From positions 62,001 to 126,000 of IMG/VR virus record IMGVR_UViG_3300020165_000007: DNA of 64,000 nucleotides. The stretch is one strand, 5' to 3'. The translations under genes and the position numbers were made by a program. This document shows positions 1-9,490 of this stretch, piece by piece. Numbering within the stretch: position 1 is the first letter of the stretch; each line of letters starts with the position of its first letter. A model generated the notes under the pieces. That model had not been told where the DNA came from and did no database searches. It saw only the letters and a program-made list of their open reading frames with translations.

Positions 1-817
1 TAAATAAAATATCTATGTCGAAGTTCTGAGGATTAGGTGGGTTTTTTCTAGCCCTTCTTGATTGTGTCCCCGTCTCCACTTCATATAATGTTAATGCCCT
101 ACTAATTGCCGGAGAAACTTGGAACTCTTCCTCGTCAATTAAAAAACCCATCATTAAGAACTCATAGTTTTGAACGTAGTACTTCCTTTTTTCAATATCC
201 AATACTGACTCATCAGATATACCATTTAAAATTATAGGAACGTAATGACCCTTAACAAATGTATAAGCTTGTCTTGAAGAAAATTTCTGTAAAACTAATT
301 TGTTAAACTCATTCAAGTGTCGCATTTTAGTACAAAATATTTTTATATTATACGTAATATCTACAGGTACGGGTTGAGGGATTTTATAAATATCCATTCC
401 TTTTCTTTGACCGTCCCACGTTGGAACCTTAGCGTAGTAAAATTGTTTTCTGTTTGGTATGGTGTACTGTAGTGAAGGGTTGGTACCGTACTTAACGTCT
501 GGATTTCTTACAGTTGCAATAAATGGGGGTTTGATGTTTTTATCTAAGTTCTGAAAATCCCAAGTCTCAGCAAACTGAGACCAGTTTTGAGTTGTAATAA
601 TAATATCAACAGGGTTAACTTTTTTACCCTCTGCAGTCATCTCTAAATCGTTCTTAACAAAATCTAACATACCCCTATCTAAGTCAGCATGTAAAACACT
701 CTTAGGTAAATATGTACCATCTTTTTGAATATATTCCAGTAGTTGCTCCCTCCTCTCTAATAAAATTTTATCAGGAGTTAAAGGTAGATGTTTTTTTATT
801 TTTTTAGGAAATGACAT
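1..817 (-). CDS. Tail terminator / sheath-stabiliser protein (T4 gp15-like), 3'-truncated by window edge; not in ORF track
   Basis: Manual translation from ATG at 817 (overlaps TAA of upstream ORF): MSFPKKIKKHLPLTPDK...YKIPQPVPVDITYNIKIFCTKMRHLNEFNKLVLQKF..., open to position 1. The PVPVDITYNI...F motif and position after a gp14-like gene resemble gp15-family proteins. Confidence 0.6.
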   Translation of the reverse strand, partial: MSFPKKIKKHLPLTPDKILLERREQLLEYIQKDGTYLPKSVLHADLDRGMLDFVKNDLEMTAEGKKVNPVDIIITTQNWSQFAETWDFQNLDKNIKPPFIATVRNPDVKYGTNPSLQYTIPNRKQFYYAKVPTWDGQRKGMDIYKIPQPVPVDITYNIKIFCTKMRHLNEFNKLVLQKFSSRQAYTFVKGHYVPIILNGISDESVLDIEKRKYYVQNYEFLMMGFLIDEEEFQVSPAISRALTLYEVETGTQSRRARKNPPNPQNFDIDILF

Positions 818-1290
818 TAGATTACTATTTCATTTATATGGAAGATTTTATTTCGAGTATTAATCATATCAATCTCATTTGCGTTATAAATTGGTTCTTC
901 GCTATCTTTTTTAACAAATGAATCGTATTTGTATGGGTTATATGTGATTACGTTATCATTAGTTTCTGCAGGCATTTCTTCACAAGGGAACTGACAATAG
1001 TCAACTAAATCACCAATAACAAATGCGTGTACGTTCTTTCTCATTTCTTGTCTTACTTTGTCTTTTCCCCCCTTTCTTACCCTAAACTCTACATTTCTTA
1101 ATTTAACGTAGTCGGCATACAAAATTACCCTACCCCCATAAGTCACTGAAAATGTATGTTTATGTAAGTTATAATATACCATAACCCTCAAACCAGTTAA
1201 ATCCTCAGGAGTTAATTCTTCCTCCTGTTCAATAATTAAACCCATATGAGTCTTCATTTTATTAATTTCTTTTAATAGATATCTATTCAT
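817..1290 (-). CDS. Conserved phage hypothetical protein (RKNVHAFV / YNPYK family) with N-terminal leader ending LIIEQ
   Basis: 157-aa ORF coupled to both neighbours; motifs VYYNLHKHTFSV, RKNVHAFVIG, YNPYKYDSFV recalled from conserved phage hypotheticals. Confidence 0.75.
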   Translation of the reverse strand: MNRYLLKEINKMKTHMGLIIEQEEELTPEDLTGLRVMVYYNLHKHTFSVTYGGRVILYADYVKLRNVEFRVRKGGKDKVRQEMRKNVHAFVIGDLVDYCQFPCEEMPAETNDNVITYNPYKYDSFVKKDSEEPIYNANEIDMINTRNKIFHINEIVI

Positions 1291-1802
1291 AATCCTCTAA
1301 ATTCATTTTCACTAACAGGTGATGCAGTAATTGACCTATAATAAGGTTTGTAACCACCATAAGTATGTTTATTATCACTCGTGACTCTTCCGTCATTAGA
1401 TACCGAGTAGTATCTAACACGAGATTCAGTCTCATAGTAACCTATATAATCACCATAATTAATATCTATTTCTAACTCATCTAAAGTCGTTTGATATACG
1501 CCAACCTTTAAGTTACCCGGCTCCATTTGTGTCATGTTACTATTACCGTAATTTTGATTTTCAGGTTGTTCTATTTGGACGTACCCCCTAAATTCAACGG
1601 GAGGATGGAACTTTACTCCGTCTTCTACGGTTTCACCGTAAACATCATCAGTTACTGTTTTTTGTTGGTCGATTCTATATAAAACTAACCTAAAATTCAT
1701 ATCACCCTCAAGCCATTCTCGACCCATTGCGATATCTAACTCAAAGTCTTCCGACCCGAAAAACTTTTCTAATCTTGTAATTGGAACCTTTCTATTACTC
1801 AT
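1287..1802 (-). CDS. Neck / head-closure protein (T4 gp14-like)
   Basis: 171 aa; LYRID...DDVYGE...PPVEFRGYV...GDYIGY pattern typical of gp14-like head-closure proteins; preceded by late motif; upstream of gp15-like gene. Confidence 0.55.
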   Translation of the reverse strand: MSNRKVPITRLEKFFGSEDFELDIAMGREWLEGDMNFRLVLYRIDQQKTVTDDVYGETVEDGVKFHPPVEFRGYVQIEQPENQNYGNSNMTQMEPGNLKVGVYQTTLDELEIDINYGDYIGYYETESRVRYYSVSNDGRVTSDNKHTYGGYKPYYRSITASPVSENEFRGL

Positions 1803-1803
1803 T

Positions 1804-1835
1804 ATTGATAAATATTAAGTTATTTGTTATATTTA
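1804..1835 (+). promoter_or_regulatory. Bacteroidota-type promoter variant (TTG-N20-TATATTTA) for helicase
   Basis: attg at 1804-1807, 20-nt spacer, TATATTTA at 1828-1835; implies the true helicase start is the in-frame TTG at 1854. Confidence 0.4.
1808..1815 (-). promoter_or_regulatory. Putative late promoter ATATTTAT
   Basis: Recurrent motif a few nt upstream of ATG 1802. Confidence 0.55.
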
Positions 1836-3608
1836 AGTGTATTTAGTCGACTTTTGGAAAATAAAACATTAAATAGCTTGCCTGAAGTGAGGGCTCTTCG
1901 TATTTTAGAGAAATACGAGGGGTATAATAATTACATTATCCGGTTACAGGATAAGATGAAAAAATTTAATCATTTTAAACTTACTCGTGCCCAAGCGGAT
2001 TACATAATTAAATTTAAAGATACTGTACCCAAAATAGCTAGAAGGTGGGTGGAACTTGATAGTTACTTTGGTCAAAAACTAATGAATGACAAGTTACTAC
2101 CAAAGAGACCTGAAAAAATTTATGTGGAAAAATTATTAGTGGAGAAAGAAAAGTCGTACCACATATGGGGTAAGTTATTTGAAAGTGAGGAACTTACAGA
2201 CATATGGTTACCTAAAGTTGCGTTAACAAAAAACAAACAAAGGGAAGTAAAAATCGACTATAGTAAGTACTCACATAGACCTCCGCTTTCACACCAAAAA
2301 GAATCTATAGAAAAACTTGTTGGTAATGACAAATATATATTGGCAGATGATATGGGTCTCGGAAAAACAACCTCAACAGTTATTGCGTCGATAGAGATGG
2401 GGATAGAAAAAGTATTAATTATATGCCCCGCATCTTTAAAAATTAACTGGGAGAGAGAAATACAAAATTATACGGAAAAATCTATTTCAATTATTGAGGG
2501 TAAAAAGTGGGAACCTTCCGAGTATACCATTATAAATTATGATATATTAAAAAACTTTCACGACCCAAAATACCCCGATAAATCAGAGATTTTAAATTAT
2601 GGTTTTGATTTGATTGTAATGGACGAAGCTCACTACGTTCAAAATAAAAAAGCTCAAAGAACAAAAATTGTAAATGACATCGCTAACAAAATAGGTAAGG
2701 TATGGTTACTAACGGGAACTCCGATGACCTCAAGGCCGATGAATTATTATAATCTTTTAGACTTAGTAGACTCTCCAGTCGCAGAAAATTGGATGGCCTA
2801 CGCTATAAGGTACTGTGCAGGTTATCAATTTAGTGTTGGTAGTAAAAGAGTTTGGAATGTTTCGGGAGCGTCTAATCTAGAAGAGTTAAGAGACAGGACA
2901 AAACCACAAGTATTAAGAAGACTAAAGGAAGACATCTTGGACTTACCTGAAAAAATAATAACTCCAGTTTATTTAAGAACCAAGTCTAAAGAATATAAAA
3001 AATTGATGGGTGAATACTATGATTGGTATAATTCATCTGAAGACTCGAATTCACTGACAATACAATTTTCTAAGTTAATGAAAGTCCGACAAGTTATTGC
3101 TGAAGAAAAAATAAAAGACACAATAGAAATTGCTCAGAACATAATAGACCAAGGTAAAAAAGTAATAATATTTACAAATTTTACAGATACACTAAATAAA
3201 ATAAACGAACATTTTGGTAAAGAGTCAGTTAAGTTAGATGGTAAAATGACCAAACCTAAAAGACAGGAATCTGTAGACGAGTTTCAAAACAATGATGACA
3301 TCAAAGTTTTTGTAGGTAATCTAAAAGCTGCGGGAGTAGGAATAACCCTAACAGCTGCAGAGGCGGTTATAATGAATGACCTATCTTTTGTTCCTGCTGA
3401 CCATTCACAAGCCGAAGATAGGGCGTATAGATATGGACAAAAGTTCTCAGTTTCAGTTTATTACCCGATATTAGAAAATACAATAGAAGGTATTATATAT
3501 AATATACTAACTAAAAAGAAAAATATTTTTGAAACAGTTATGGGTGATAATGAAGGTAAAGGTGACGTAATGGAAGAAATATTAAATATGATTTCACAAG
3601 AAAGGTGA
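1824..3608 (+). CDS. SNF2-family (SMARCAL1/HARP-like) DEAH helicase/translocase; probable start TTG 1854
   Basis: Motifs LADDMGLGKT (I), ICPASLKINWEREI (Ia), DEAH (II), LLTGTP (III), KVIIFTNF (IV), GVGITLTAA (V), QAEDRAYRYGQ (VI). Confidence 0.93.
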   Translation: MLYLSVFSRLLENKTLNSLPEVRALRILEKYEGYNNYIIRLQDKMKKFNHFKLTRAQADYIIKFKDTVPKIARRWVELDSYFGQKLMNDKLLPKRPEKIYVEKLLVEKEKSYHIWGKLFESEELTDIWLPKVALTKNKQREVKIDYSKYSHRPPLSHQKESIEKLVGNDKYILADDMGLGKTTSTVIASIEMGIEKVLIICPASLKINWEREIQNYTEKSISIIEGKKWEPSEYTIINYDILKNFHDPKYPDKSEILNYGFDLIVMDEAHYVQNKKAQRTKIVNDIANKIGKVWLLTGTPMTSRPMNYYNLLDLVDSPVAENWMAYAIRYCAGYQFSVGSKRVWNVSGASNLEELRDRTKPQVLRRLKEDILDLPEKIITPVYLRTKSKEYKKLMGEYYDWYNSSEDSNSLTIQFSKLMKVRQVIAEEKIKDTIEIAQNIIDQGKKVIIFTNFTDTLNKINEHFGKESVKLDGKMTKPKRQESVDEFQNNDDIKVFVGNLKAAGVGITLTAAEAVIMNDLSFVPADHSQAEDRAYRYGQKFSVSVYYPILENTIEGIIYNILTKKKNIFETVMGDNEGKGDVMEEILNMISQER

Positions 3609-3629
3609 GTTTGTTTTTATATTTCGCAT

Positions 3630-3637
3630 TATTTATA
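3630..3637 (+). promoter_or_regulatory. Putative late promoter TATTTATA
   Basis: Motif 10 nt upstream of SOD-fusion ATG 3648. Confidence 0.55.
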
Positions 3638-3647
3638 TATAAAAATA

Positions 3648-5207
3648 ATGGGTACTAAAAGGGCATTAAATAAAATAACTGATATAGAAAATCAGATTAT
3701 AAGTGAAGGGATAAAAAGAAAAGTATCACCGAACGTCCCAAAAGAAATTTTAAAAGAAATGAAAAAAATAGGTATCGAAAGATTACCTTACTCTTATTCA
3801 GCCTTAGAACGTTTTATAGATAAAGAAACTATGAACGTACACTACAATAAACATTATAAAGGTTATGTTAATAAACTTAATGATGCGATAAAAGATAAAA
3901 AGGGTAAGGACAAAAAATTAAAAGATATTGTGAAAACAATATCAATGTACGACAGAACTGTAAAAAATAATGCTGGCGGAGCGTTCAACCACGCATTGTT
4001 TTGGAAAATGTTAAGTCCTAAAAGGCAAAGATGTTCAGGAGAAATCTATGAGAAAATTATTAAAGAGTATAAAACGTTTAATAACTTTAAAAAGTTATTT
4101 GAGTCCGCAGCTCAAAAAAGATTTGGTTCAGGGTGGGTATGGCTTGTTTTAACAAAAAATAATAGGTTAAAAATAATGACTACTGCAAATCAAGACAACC
4201 CTCTTATGAATACCATTAAAGACGGTGGACTTCCATTATTAGGTTTGGATTTATGGGAACACTCTTATTATTTAAAATATAGAAATAAAAAAGACGATTA
4301 TATAAAAAACTTTTGGTCAGTAGTGAATTGGGATTTTGTGAACAACTTATATACATCTAACCCTAAATCCTCAATAAAGGAGTCGTTTAATAAAAAAAAT
4401 CTTATTGTTGAAATTGAGAGTCAGGGGTGTAATTCAAGACAAGTTAAACAGACCATAGAATTATTTAACACCAATCCTCAAATAAAGTGGAAATATCGTA
4501 CCGTAATTGATAAGGTTTTTAAAGAAATCTTTAAAGATTATTGGAGAGAAAAAGAAGGAGAGCAGTTATCGGGTATATATGACTTTGAATATAAAGGGAG
4601 TGTTGAAGGAGGTCGGTCGGTATTAAATAAAATCAATACAAACGCAACTACATTTTGTATTTTAAAAAATGACATTAATATTACTTTAAAACATTATGGA
4701 CACCCTCCGATTAGTTTTTACGGAAAAAATAAAAATGAACAAATAAAGGAATTATATCGATTTTTAAAATATATCATCCATTGGAAAGATAGTCTATTTA
4801 AAAATACATCAAACACTTTTGACTCTATGTATACCGCGGTTAATAGAAAAAATAAACAAGGTGATAAAACTGAAAATTTAGCGGTTAAAGAATTACAAAA
4901 AGTGTTCGGAGTTTCTAACGTAAAAAAAGTTGGTGAATTAGGTAGTGTTATAGATGCTATCGGTGGTGTTGATGCGATTATAAGGACAGATAATGGAGAT
5001 AAAACTGTACAAATAAAACCATTTAGAGATTATATTATTGAAGATGGGAAAATAACTATGGTCGGAACAGGTGTTATAAAACAGTATAAAACCGATATGT
5101 TAGTATTTCATAATAAAAATAAAGGAATAGTGGTATTTGATAATAACAACACCCAAATTAAAAACGGGAAATATGTTTTTGATAAAGAGTCTCAATATAA
5201 GTCTTGA
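3648..5207 (+). CDS. sodA: Mn/Fe superoxide dismutase (Mn-type signature) fused to a C-terminal PD-(D/E)xK-like (QxK) domain
   Basis: LPYSYSALE, HYNKHY, NNAGGAFNHALFW, FGSGWVWL, NQDNP, DLWEHSYY retain all four metal ligands; C-terminal part has GDKTE...GGVDAII...TVQIKP. Confidence 0.9.
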   Translation: MGTKRALNKITDIENQIISEGIKRKVSPNVPKEILKEMKKIGIERLPYSYSALERFIDKETMNVHYNKHYKGYVNKLNDAIKDKKGKDKKLKDIVKTISMYDRTVKNNAGGAFNHALFWKMLSPKRQRCSGEIYEKIIKEYKTFNNFKKLFESAAQKRFGSGWVWLVLTKNNRLKIMTTANQDNPLMNTIKDGGLPLLGLDLWEHSYYLKYRNKKDDYIKNFWSVVNWDFVNNLYTSNPKSSIKESFNKKNLIVEIESQGCNSRQVKQTIELFNTNPQIKWKYRTVIDKVFKEIFKDYWREKEGEQLSGIYDFEYKGSVEGGRSVLNKINTNATTFCILKNDINITLKHYGHPPISFYGKNKNEQIKELYRFLKYIIHWKDSLFKNTSNTFDSMYTAVNRKNKQGDKTENLAVKELQKVFGVSNVKKVGELGSVIDAIGGVDAIIRTDNGDKTVQIKPFRDYIIEDGKITMVGTGVIKQYKTDMLVFHNKNKGIVVFDNNNTQIKNGKYVFDKESQYKS

Positions 5208-5224
5208 TAAATAAAGATTTCTAA

Positions 5225-5233
5225 ATATTTATA
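5225..5233 (+). promoter_or_regulatory. Putative late promoter ATATTTATA
   Basis: Motif 13 nt upstream of neck gene ATG 5247. Confidence 0.6.
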
Positions 5234-5246
5234 TATAAAATATATC

Positions 5247-6359
5247 ATGTCAGCAATTAACGAACCACAAAGAAGTAAGCTATATACTCGTATAAAACAT
5301 CTATTAGGTGCTCCCTTACGTGGTGTAGAAATTACCGATGAAATGATGGATTCACTAATGGAATTATCAATTCAAGACTACGCACAATATGTTAACGATT
5401 GGTTAATTGAGGCTCAATGGACATCATTGTACGGGCTAAATTTAGATGAACAGTCGGTAACTAGAGCTTTTATAACTCGTAGTTTAGATTGGGAAACACA
5501 GTATACATACGCTTACTCAAAAATTGTCGGTTTACAGGCTGGAGGTGACTCAGTATTAAAAAAAGATTTTATTACTTTAGTTCCTGGACAACAAATTTAT
5601 GAGGTACCTGCAGGAAGAGAAATTAATGAGTTATTATGGTTTAGTAGGGCAGAGTTAGATGCGGCATTTTTTGACCCATTTATGGGTGGTTTTGGTGGTT
5701 TTGGTGGTGTAGGTTTAGGTGGAGGAGCGGGATTCTCTCAAATGGGTTCTCAGGGAAATTATTTTATAACACCGGCCTTTGATATGTTACTTAGAATGCA
5801 AGATATTAACATTAAGAGAAGAATAATTTCAGGAGATTTAACTTATAGAATTACTGCACTACCTGAAGGTAAAAAGGCGGTTCATCTAATGAATGTACCT
5901 GGAGGTAAATTTGATTTTGGTAATATTCAATATAATCAATACGTTGTGTGGTATTGGTATTATGAAACTGATGACCGTGAGACCTGTTTAGCTGAAAATC
6001 CTGACATAGTAAGATTACCTTCAGATATCCCGATAGATGAAATGTTATGGGATGAGTTAAATAATCCAGCCCAAACATGGGTTAGGAGATGGTTTACTGC
6101 TTATGTAAAAGAATCTTTAGGGAGGGTAAGAGGTAAGTACCTAGGAAATCTAAAAACACCTGACTCCGAAATACAAATGGAGTATGACTCACTTTTAACA
6201 GAATCAAAAGACGAAAAATCAAAACTAATAGAAGAGTTAACTCAAAGGTTAGAAAGATTAAGGCCTGATAAAATGATGGAAAGACAAGCTAATGAAGCGG
6301 AAAATTTAAATAAATCATTACAATATCGGGCATTCCCAAGACAATTTTATTCAATATAA
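5247..6359 (+). CDS. Neck / head-tail adaptor protein (T4 gp13-like)
   Basis: N-terminal LYTRIKHLLGAPLRGVEITDEMMD matches the gp13-family pattern (R.LGAP...VE.T); C-terminal WVRRWFTAYVKESLGRVRGKY and helical tail. Confidence 0.75.
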   Translation: MSAINEPQRSKLYTRIKHLLGAPLRGVEITDEMMDSLMELSIQDYAQYVNDWLIEAQWTSLYGLNLDEQSVTRAFITRSLDWETQYTYAYSKIVGLQAGGDSVLKKDFITLVPGQQIYEVPAGREINELLWFSRAELDAAFFDPFMGGFGGFGGVGLGGGAGFSQMGSQGNYFITPAFDMLLRMQDINIKRRIISGDLTYRITALPEGKKAVHLMNVPGGKFDFGNIQYNQYVVWYWYYETDDRETCLAENPDIVRLPSDIPIDEMLWDELNNPAQTWVRRWFTAYVKESLGRVRGKYLGNLKTPDSEIQMEYDSLLTESKDEKSKLIEELTQRLERLRPDKMMERQANEAENLNKSLQYRAFPRQFYSI

Positions 6360-6360
6360 T

Positions 6361-6693
6361 ATGGCAATTTTTAAATCAACACCAATTACAAAAATTATTA
6401 ATGGTCTAACCATTAAAACTTCAGAATCAACACTTTTAAGTAGTGAATCGTATACCACAAGCGGAGAGGCTGCGATTATTATTAAAGATGTTAAAGTCTG
6501 TAAATTACAATTAGATTCAAATACGACTGAACACGTAACAATTAAAGCGTTAACCGATGTTTTAGTGGTCGGAGATTATTCGATTGATGAGGAATTCGAT
6601 GAAATAGAATTACAGAATGGTGCGTCTGTAGAACTTAGATTTATAAGAGATGGTTGGTTTATTATGTCGTCTGATGGTCTAAAGAATTCATAA
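6361..6693 (+). CDS. Hypothetical beta-rich protein, possibly neck/collar accessory
   Basis: 110-aa ORF starting 2 nt after the gp13-like stop; tail-to-tail overlap with the polymerase gene. Confidence 0.65.
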   Translation: MAIFKSTPITKIINGLTIKTSESTLLSSESYTTSGEAAIIIKDVKVCKLQLDSNTTEHVTIKALTDVLVVGDYSIDEEFDEIELQNGASVELRFIRDGWFIMSSDGLKNS

Positions 6694-9421
6694 GAATTTT
6701 ATTTTTCTCAACATAATTAGTGTTAACTAATTCTTCGGTTCCTTCTAAATACATGTAGAAAGGGTTAATTCCAACACTTTTCCAAAACACTTTTTCAGTG
6801 TCAGATAGGGTAAGTACCTCATCTAAAGTATCTTGGTCACCTTCTTTTCTTGGGTATCCTCTAACTAATTTAGTTTGAGTTTTTGTAAAAAACGGTCTAT
6901 CTTCAGGATTTTCAATTAATATTTCATCTCGTATTTCAGGAGAAAATACAACTAATAGAGGTTCAATTCTCTTATTAAACGCAGTTACATAACGAGGAAC
7001 ATTATAATCTCCTAACTTATCTGGTGTATCTTCGATATCTTTTTCTTTTACATGATAACAGTTAATTACCACCTCATCTTTTTTCTTTTGTACATCTCCA
7101 TGAGATTTACGGGTTCCGTTATTTACGTAGTAAATTGTATCTCCTAACCCGACACTTAAGTTATTTGCCAATGCTAATTCCATATGTGCTTGTCGAGACA
7201 TAAAAGAACCTGACTTAGTTCTTTTTGTAATATGAACTTTGTAATCGTCAAGAGACTGTTTTACACGAGCTTTGTTCGCTATTTTAGAAATAGGTATTTC
7301 TCTGTTATATAATTTACCTAGATATTCATAGTATGAGTCTAAGAATTCTTGACCTTTACCGTCCAACAACATATTCAATCCTGAATCTAAGAACTCCGCA
7401 ACATACGTCTGAAGTTTTTTAGACTTAATCGAGTTTCCTGTAAGTTTAACCTTACCCTTATCTGTAAGTAGTGCGTAGTTTTTACGTGCTACATTAATAG
7501 TTGCTGGCCATTGACCGTCAGTGTCGAGACCCATTTCTCCTCTCATAAATATATCATTATATTCTGCAACATCTGCTTCTGAGCCCGAATATTCTTTACC
7601 TTCTTCTACAAGACCATTCAAACCTTTACCTACGTATTTGTGGTCTTCTCTACCATCAGGAACCGCAAAGTTAACACCATCAGTGTCCATAACTAATGGT
7701 TCGTACCCACGCTCCATAAACCACATAATCATTTGCCTTAGGTATTGTCTACCCGTACAAGTAATTTGTTCACCCATATCCATATCACCCCATGGAAATA
7801 CGTGAGGAGCGGACAGAGAACCAAAGAATGCGTTAATAAAAATCTTAATCGGAAGTTGTTTTCGATTGTACTGTGAAGACAATTTAGGGTCCGAAAGGTA
7901 ATGGTCGGATGCTAACTTCTTATATTTAATACGGGTATCACGGAAATACTTCAACATACTCTTCATTGCCCCCGTAACATCACACTTAGGAAATACATCG
8001 TGCACGAGTTGAATAGAGGGGTATAGAGACGAGTAGTCGAGCTTCAACACGTCAGTGGAGTACCCGACCTGTAATAGTCGAGACAGACCCCCTGTAAATG
8101 AACGCTTGTCCCCTTTCTTAGGTATTGCGAGCCCATGTTTATACGACCATGACATCATAATCATTTTCCATAGTGTTGCAGTACCCATTGTAGACAATCT
8201 CTCATATGTTGTAGGTACAAGTTTAGCGAGAAGGAAGTTGGCTTGGTTGAACTCTTCGTCAACCACCATAGTTTCCCAAATATCATCATACAGATATCTC
8301 TCGATGAGGTACTCACCGTTTACTTCTTCATAGTGACCAGGGAACCTTTCCATAAGATTTTCTGTACCGGGAGAGCCCACCTCTTTATAACCGCCAGTCT
8401 TAGGGTTGAAATAATAATCTTTATTATCAAAATATATTTTTCCAATCTTATCACCTTTGACGTATACACGATTTTCCTTTTCCGCTCCGATAAATTGAGT
8501 AATATACTTAAGACCCCAACTTTTTATGTCTGAGTTAATTGCTTGAGCTCTCCTAACGGCATGTGCAATGTCTACAATATTATACCCCCACATCATGGTC
8601 TGAGTATAATCTTCCATCTCATTTGCAAGCTTCAACATCCCTTGTTTTTGTCTAAGTTTTTTTTCGGGGTTAAGGGTCTTAGCTATTTTTCCTATATCCA
8701 AACCCAACATTTCCGCTCTTGTTAAAATAAAAGGAAAATCGAAAAACGCTGAGTTATATCCACCAACTAATGTCGGTTTTAGATAATTAATGGCATTAAA
8801 AAATTCGACAATCATCTCCTTTTCCTCCTCTTCATTTTGTGCCGATATCACCTTTTCATAACCTCTATTATCTTTCATGCCGATTAGGAATATTTTTTCA
8901 GTATTTGCATCCAAACCTGTGGTCTCGATGTCAAACACAAAACGATGTACTTCATCATACTCATCAAATCCCTTAAACAATCTTTTTTGTTTCTGACAAA
9001 GATACTGTTCTACTGGAGATAGTATCGCAATCGCATTTGTATTCTCTCTATCCCAAGGATTTAATCCTCCATTTTTAAAAAAGTTAACTAAGTTTGAGTA
9101 GGTCTTGGTTGTCTTTACCATATACTTCAGACCTTGTTCCATTCTTACATCGCCATGAGTATCTAACGTTTCGATTAGAATACCGTGTTCTGACATGGCT
9201 TGTTTTTGTGCATGTTTAGAACCGTTATAAAAATTCTTACCCTTTAAATCGCCGACCCATGCGAACGGTATAAAAGAGTCTGTTTTAATTTGTTTCCCGT
9301 TTGTAGGGTGTTGAATAACCTTAAAAATCTTATTAGACCTATAGTCATATTCTAAGGCTACAATATATTTTTCTTCATCCTCTCCGTGGAGGAACTTTTC
9401 AATTTCTTCTTGTGAGACCAT
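6662..9421 (-). CDS. polB: Family B DNA polymerase
   Basis: ExoI FDIETTG, ExoII GYNSAFFDFPFI, ExoIII YLYDD; polymerase motifs LDYSSLYPSI, KIFINAFFG, MDTDG. Confidence 0.97.
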   Translation of the reverse strand: MVSQEEIEKFLHGEDEEKYIVALEYDYRSNKIFKVIQHPTNGKQIKTDSFIPFAWVGDLKGKNFYNGSKHAQKQAMSEHGILIETLDTHGDVRMEQGLKYMVKTTKTYSNLVNFFKNGGLNPWDRENTNAIAILSPVEQYLCQKQKRLFKGFDEYDEVHRFVFDIETTGLDANTEKIFLIGMKDNRGYEKVISAQNEEEEKEMIVEFFNAINYLKPTLVGGYNSAFFDFPFILTRAEMLGLDIGKIAKTLNPEKKLRQKQGMLKLANEMEDYTQTMMWGYNIVDIAHAVRRAQAINSDIKSWGLKYITQFIGAEKENRVYVKGDKIGKIYFDNKDYYFNPKTGGYKEVGSPGTENLMERFPGHYEEVNGEYLIERYLYDDIWETMVVDEEFNQANFLLAKLVPTTYERLSTMGTATLWKMIMMSWSYKHGLAIPKKGDKRSFTGGLSRLLQVGYSTDVLKLDYSSLYPSIQLVHDVFPKCDVTGAMKSMLKYFRDTRIKYKKLASDHYLSDPKLSSQYNRKQLPIKIFINAFFGSLSAPHVFPWGDMDMGEQITCTGRQYLRQMIMWFMERGYEPLVMDTDGVNFAVPDGREDHKYVGKGLNGLVEEGKEYSGSEADVAEYNDIFMRGEMGLDTDGQWPATINVARKNYALLTDKGKVKLTGNSIKSKKLQTYVAEFLDSGLNMLLDGKGQEFLDSYYEYLGKLYNREIPISKIANKARVKQSLDDYKVHITKRTKSGSFMSRQAHMELALANNLSVGLGDTIYYVNNGTRKSHGDVQKKKDEVVINCYHVKEKDIEDTPDKLGDYNVPRYVTAFNKRIEPLLVVFSPEIRDEILIENPEDRPFFTKTQTKLVRGYPRKEGDQDTLDEVLTLSDTEKVFWKSVGINPFYMYLEGTEELVNTNYVEKNKILMNSLDHQTT

Positions 9422-9440
9422 ACTTTTTAACTTTTCACCT

Positions 9441-9478
9441 GAGATATTATTCTCACATCGTTTTGACGTGATTTCTCT
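9441..9478 (-). promoter_or_regulatory. Structured 5' leader (alternative hairpins) of DNA polymerase mRNA
   Basis: Sense strand gagaaaTCACGTCaaaacGATGTGAgaataatatctc: 7-bp stem (one G-U), or alternatively TGAGA-ataata-TCTCA. Confidence 0.4.
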
Positions 9479-9490
9479 TGGTATTTGTTA

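Noticed and set aside
5680-5760. Gly/Phe-rich stretch in neck protein (MGGFGGFGGVGLGGGAGF) as a separate repeat element
   Set aside because: Short low-complexity loop without nucleotide-level periodicity; not enough evidence for a distinct function.
7521-8725. Plus-strand ORFs within the polymerase gene, and similar short ORFs nested in GT, MCP, portal, terL and 62895 genes
   Set aside because: Fully overlapped by well-supported genes, with atypical composition and no motifs or expression signals.
6662-9421. Inteins or introns in polymerase, helicase or terminase
   Set aside because: Lengths and motif spacing are normal; no C/S...HN splice junctions or LAGLIDADG/HNH inserts recognised.
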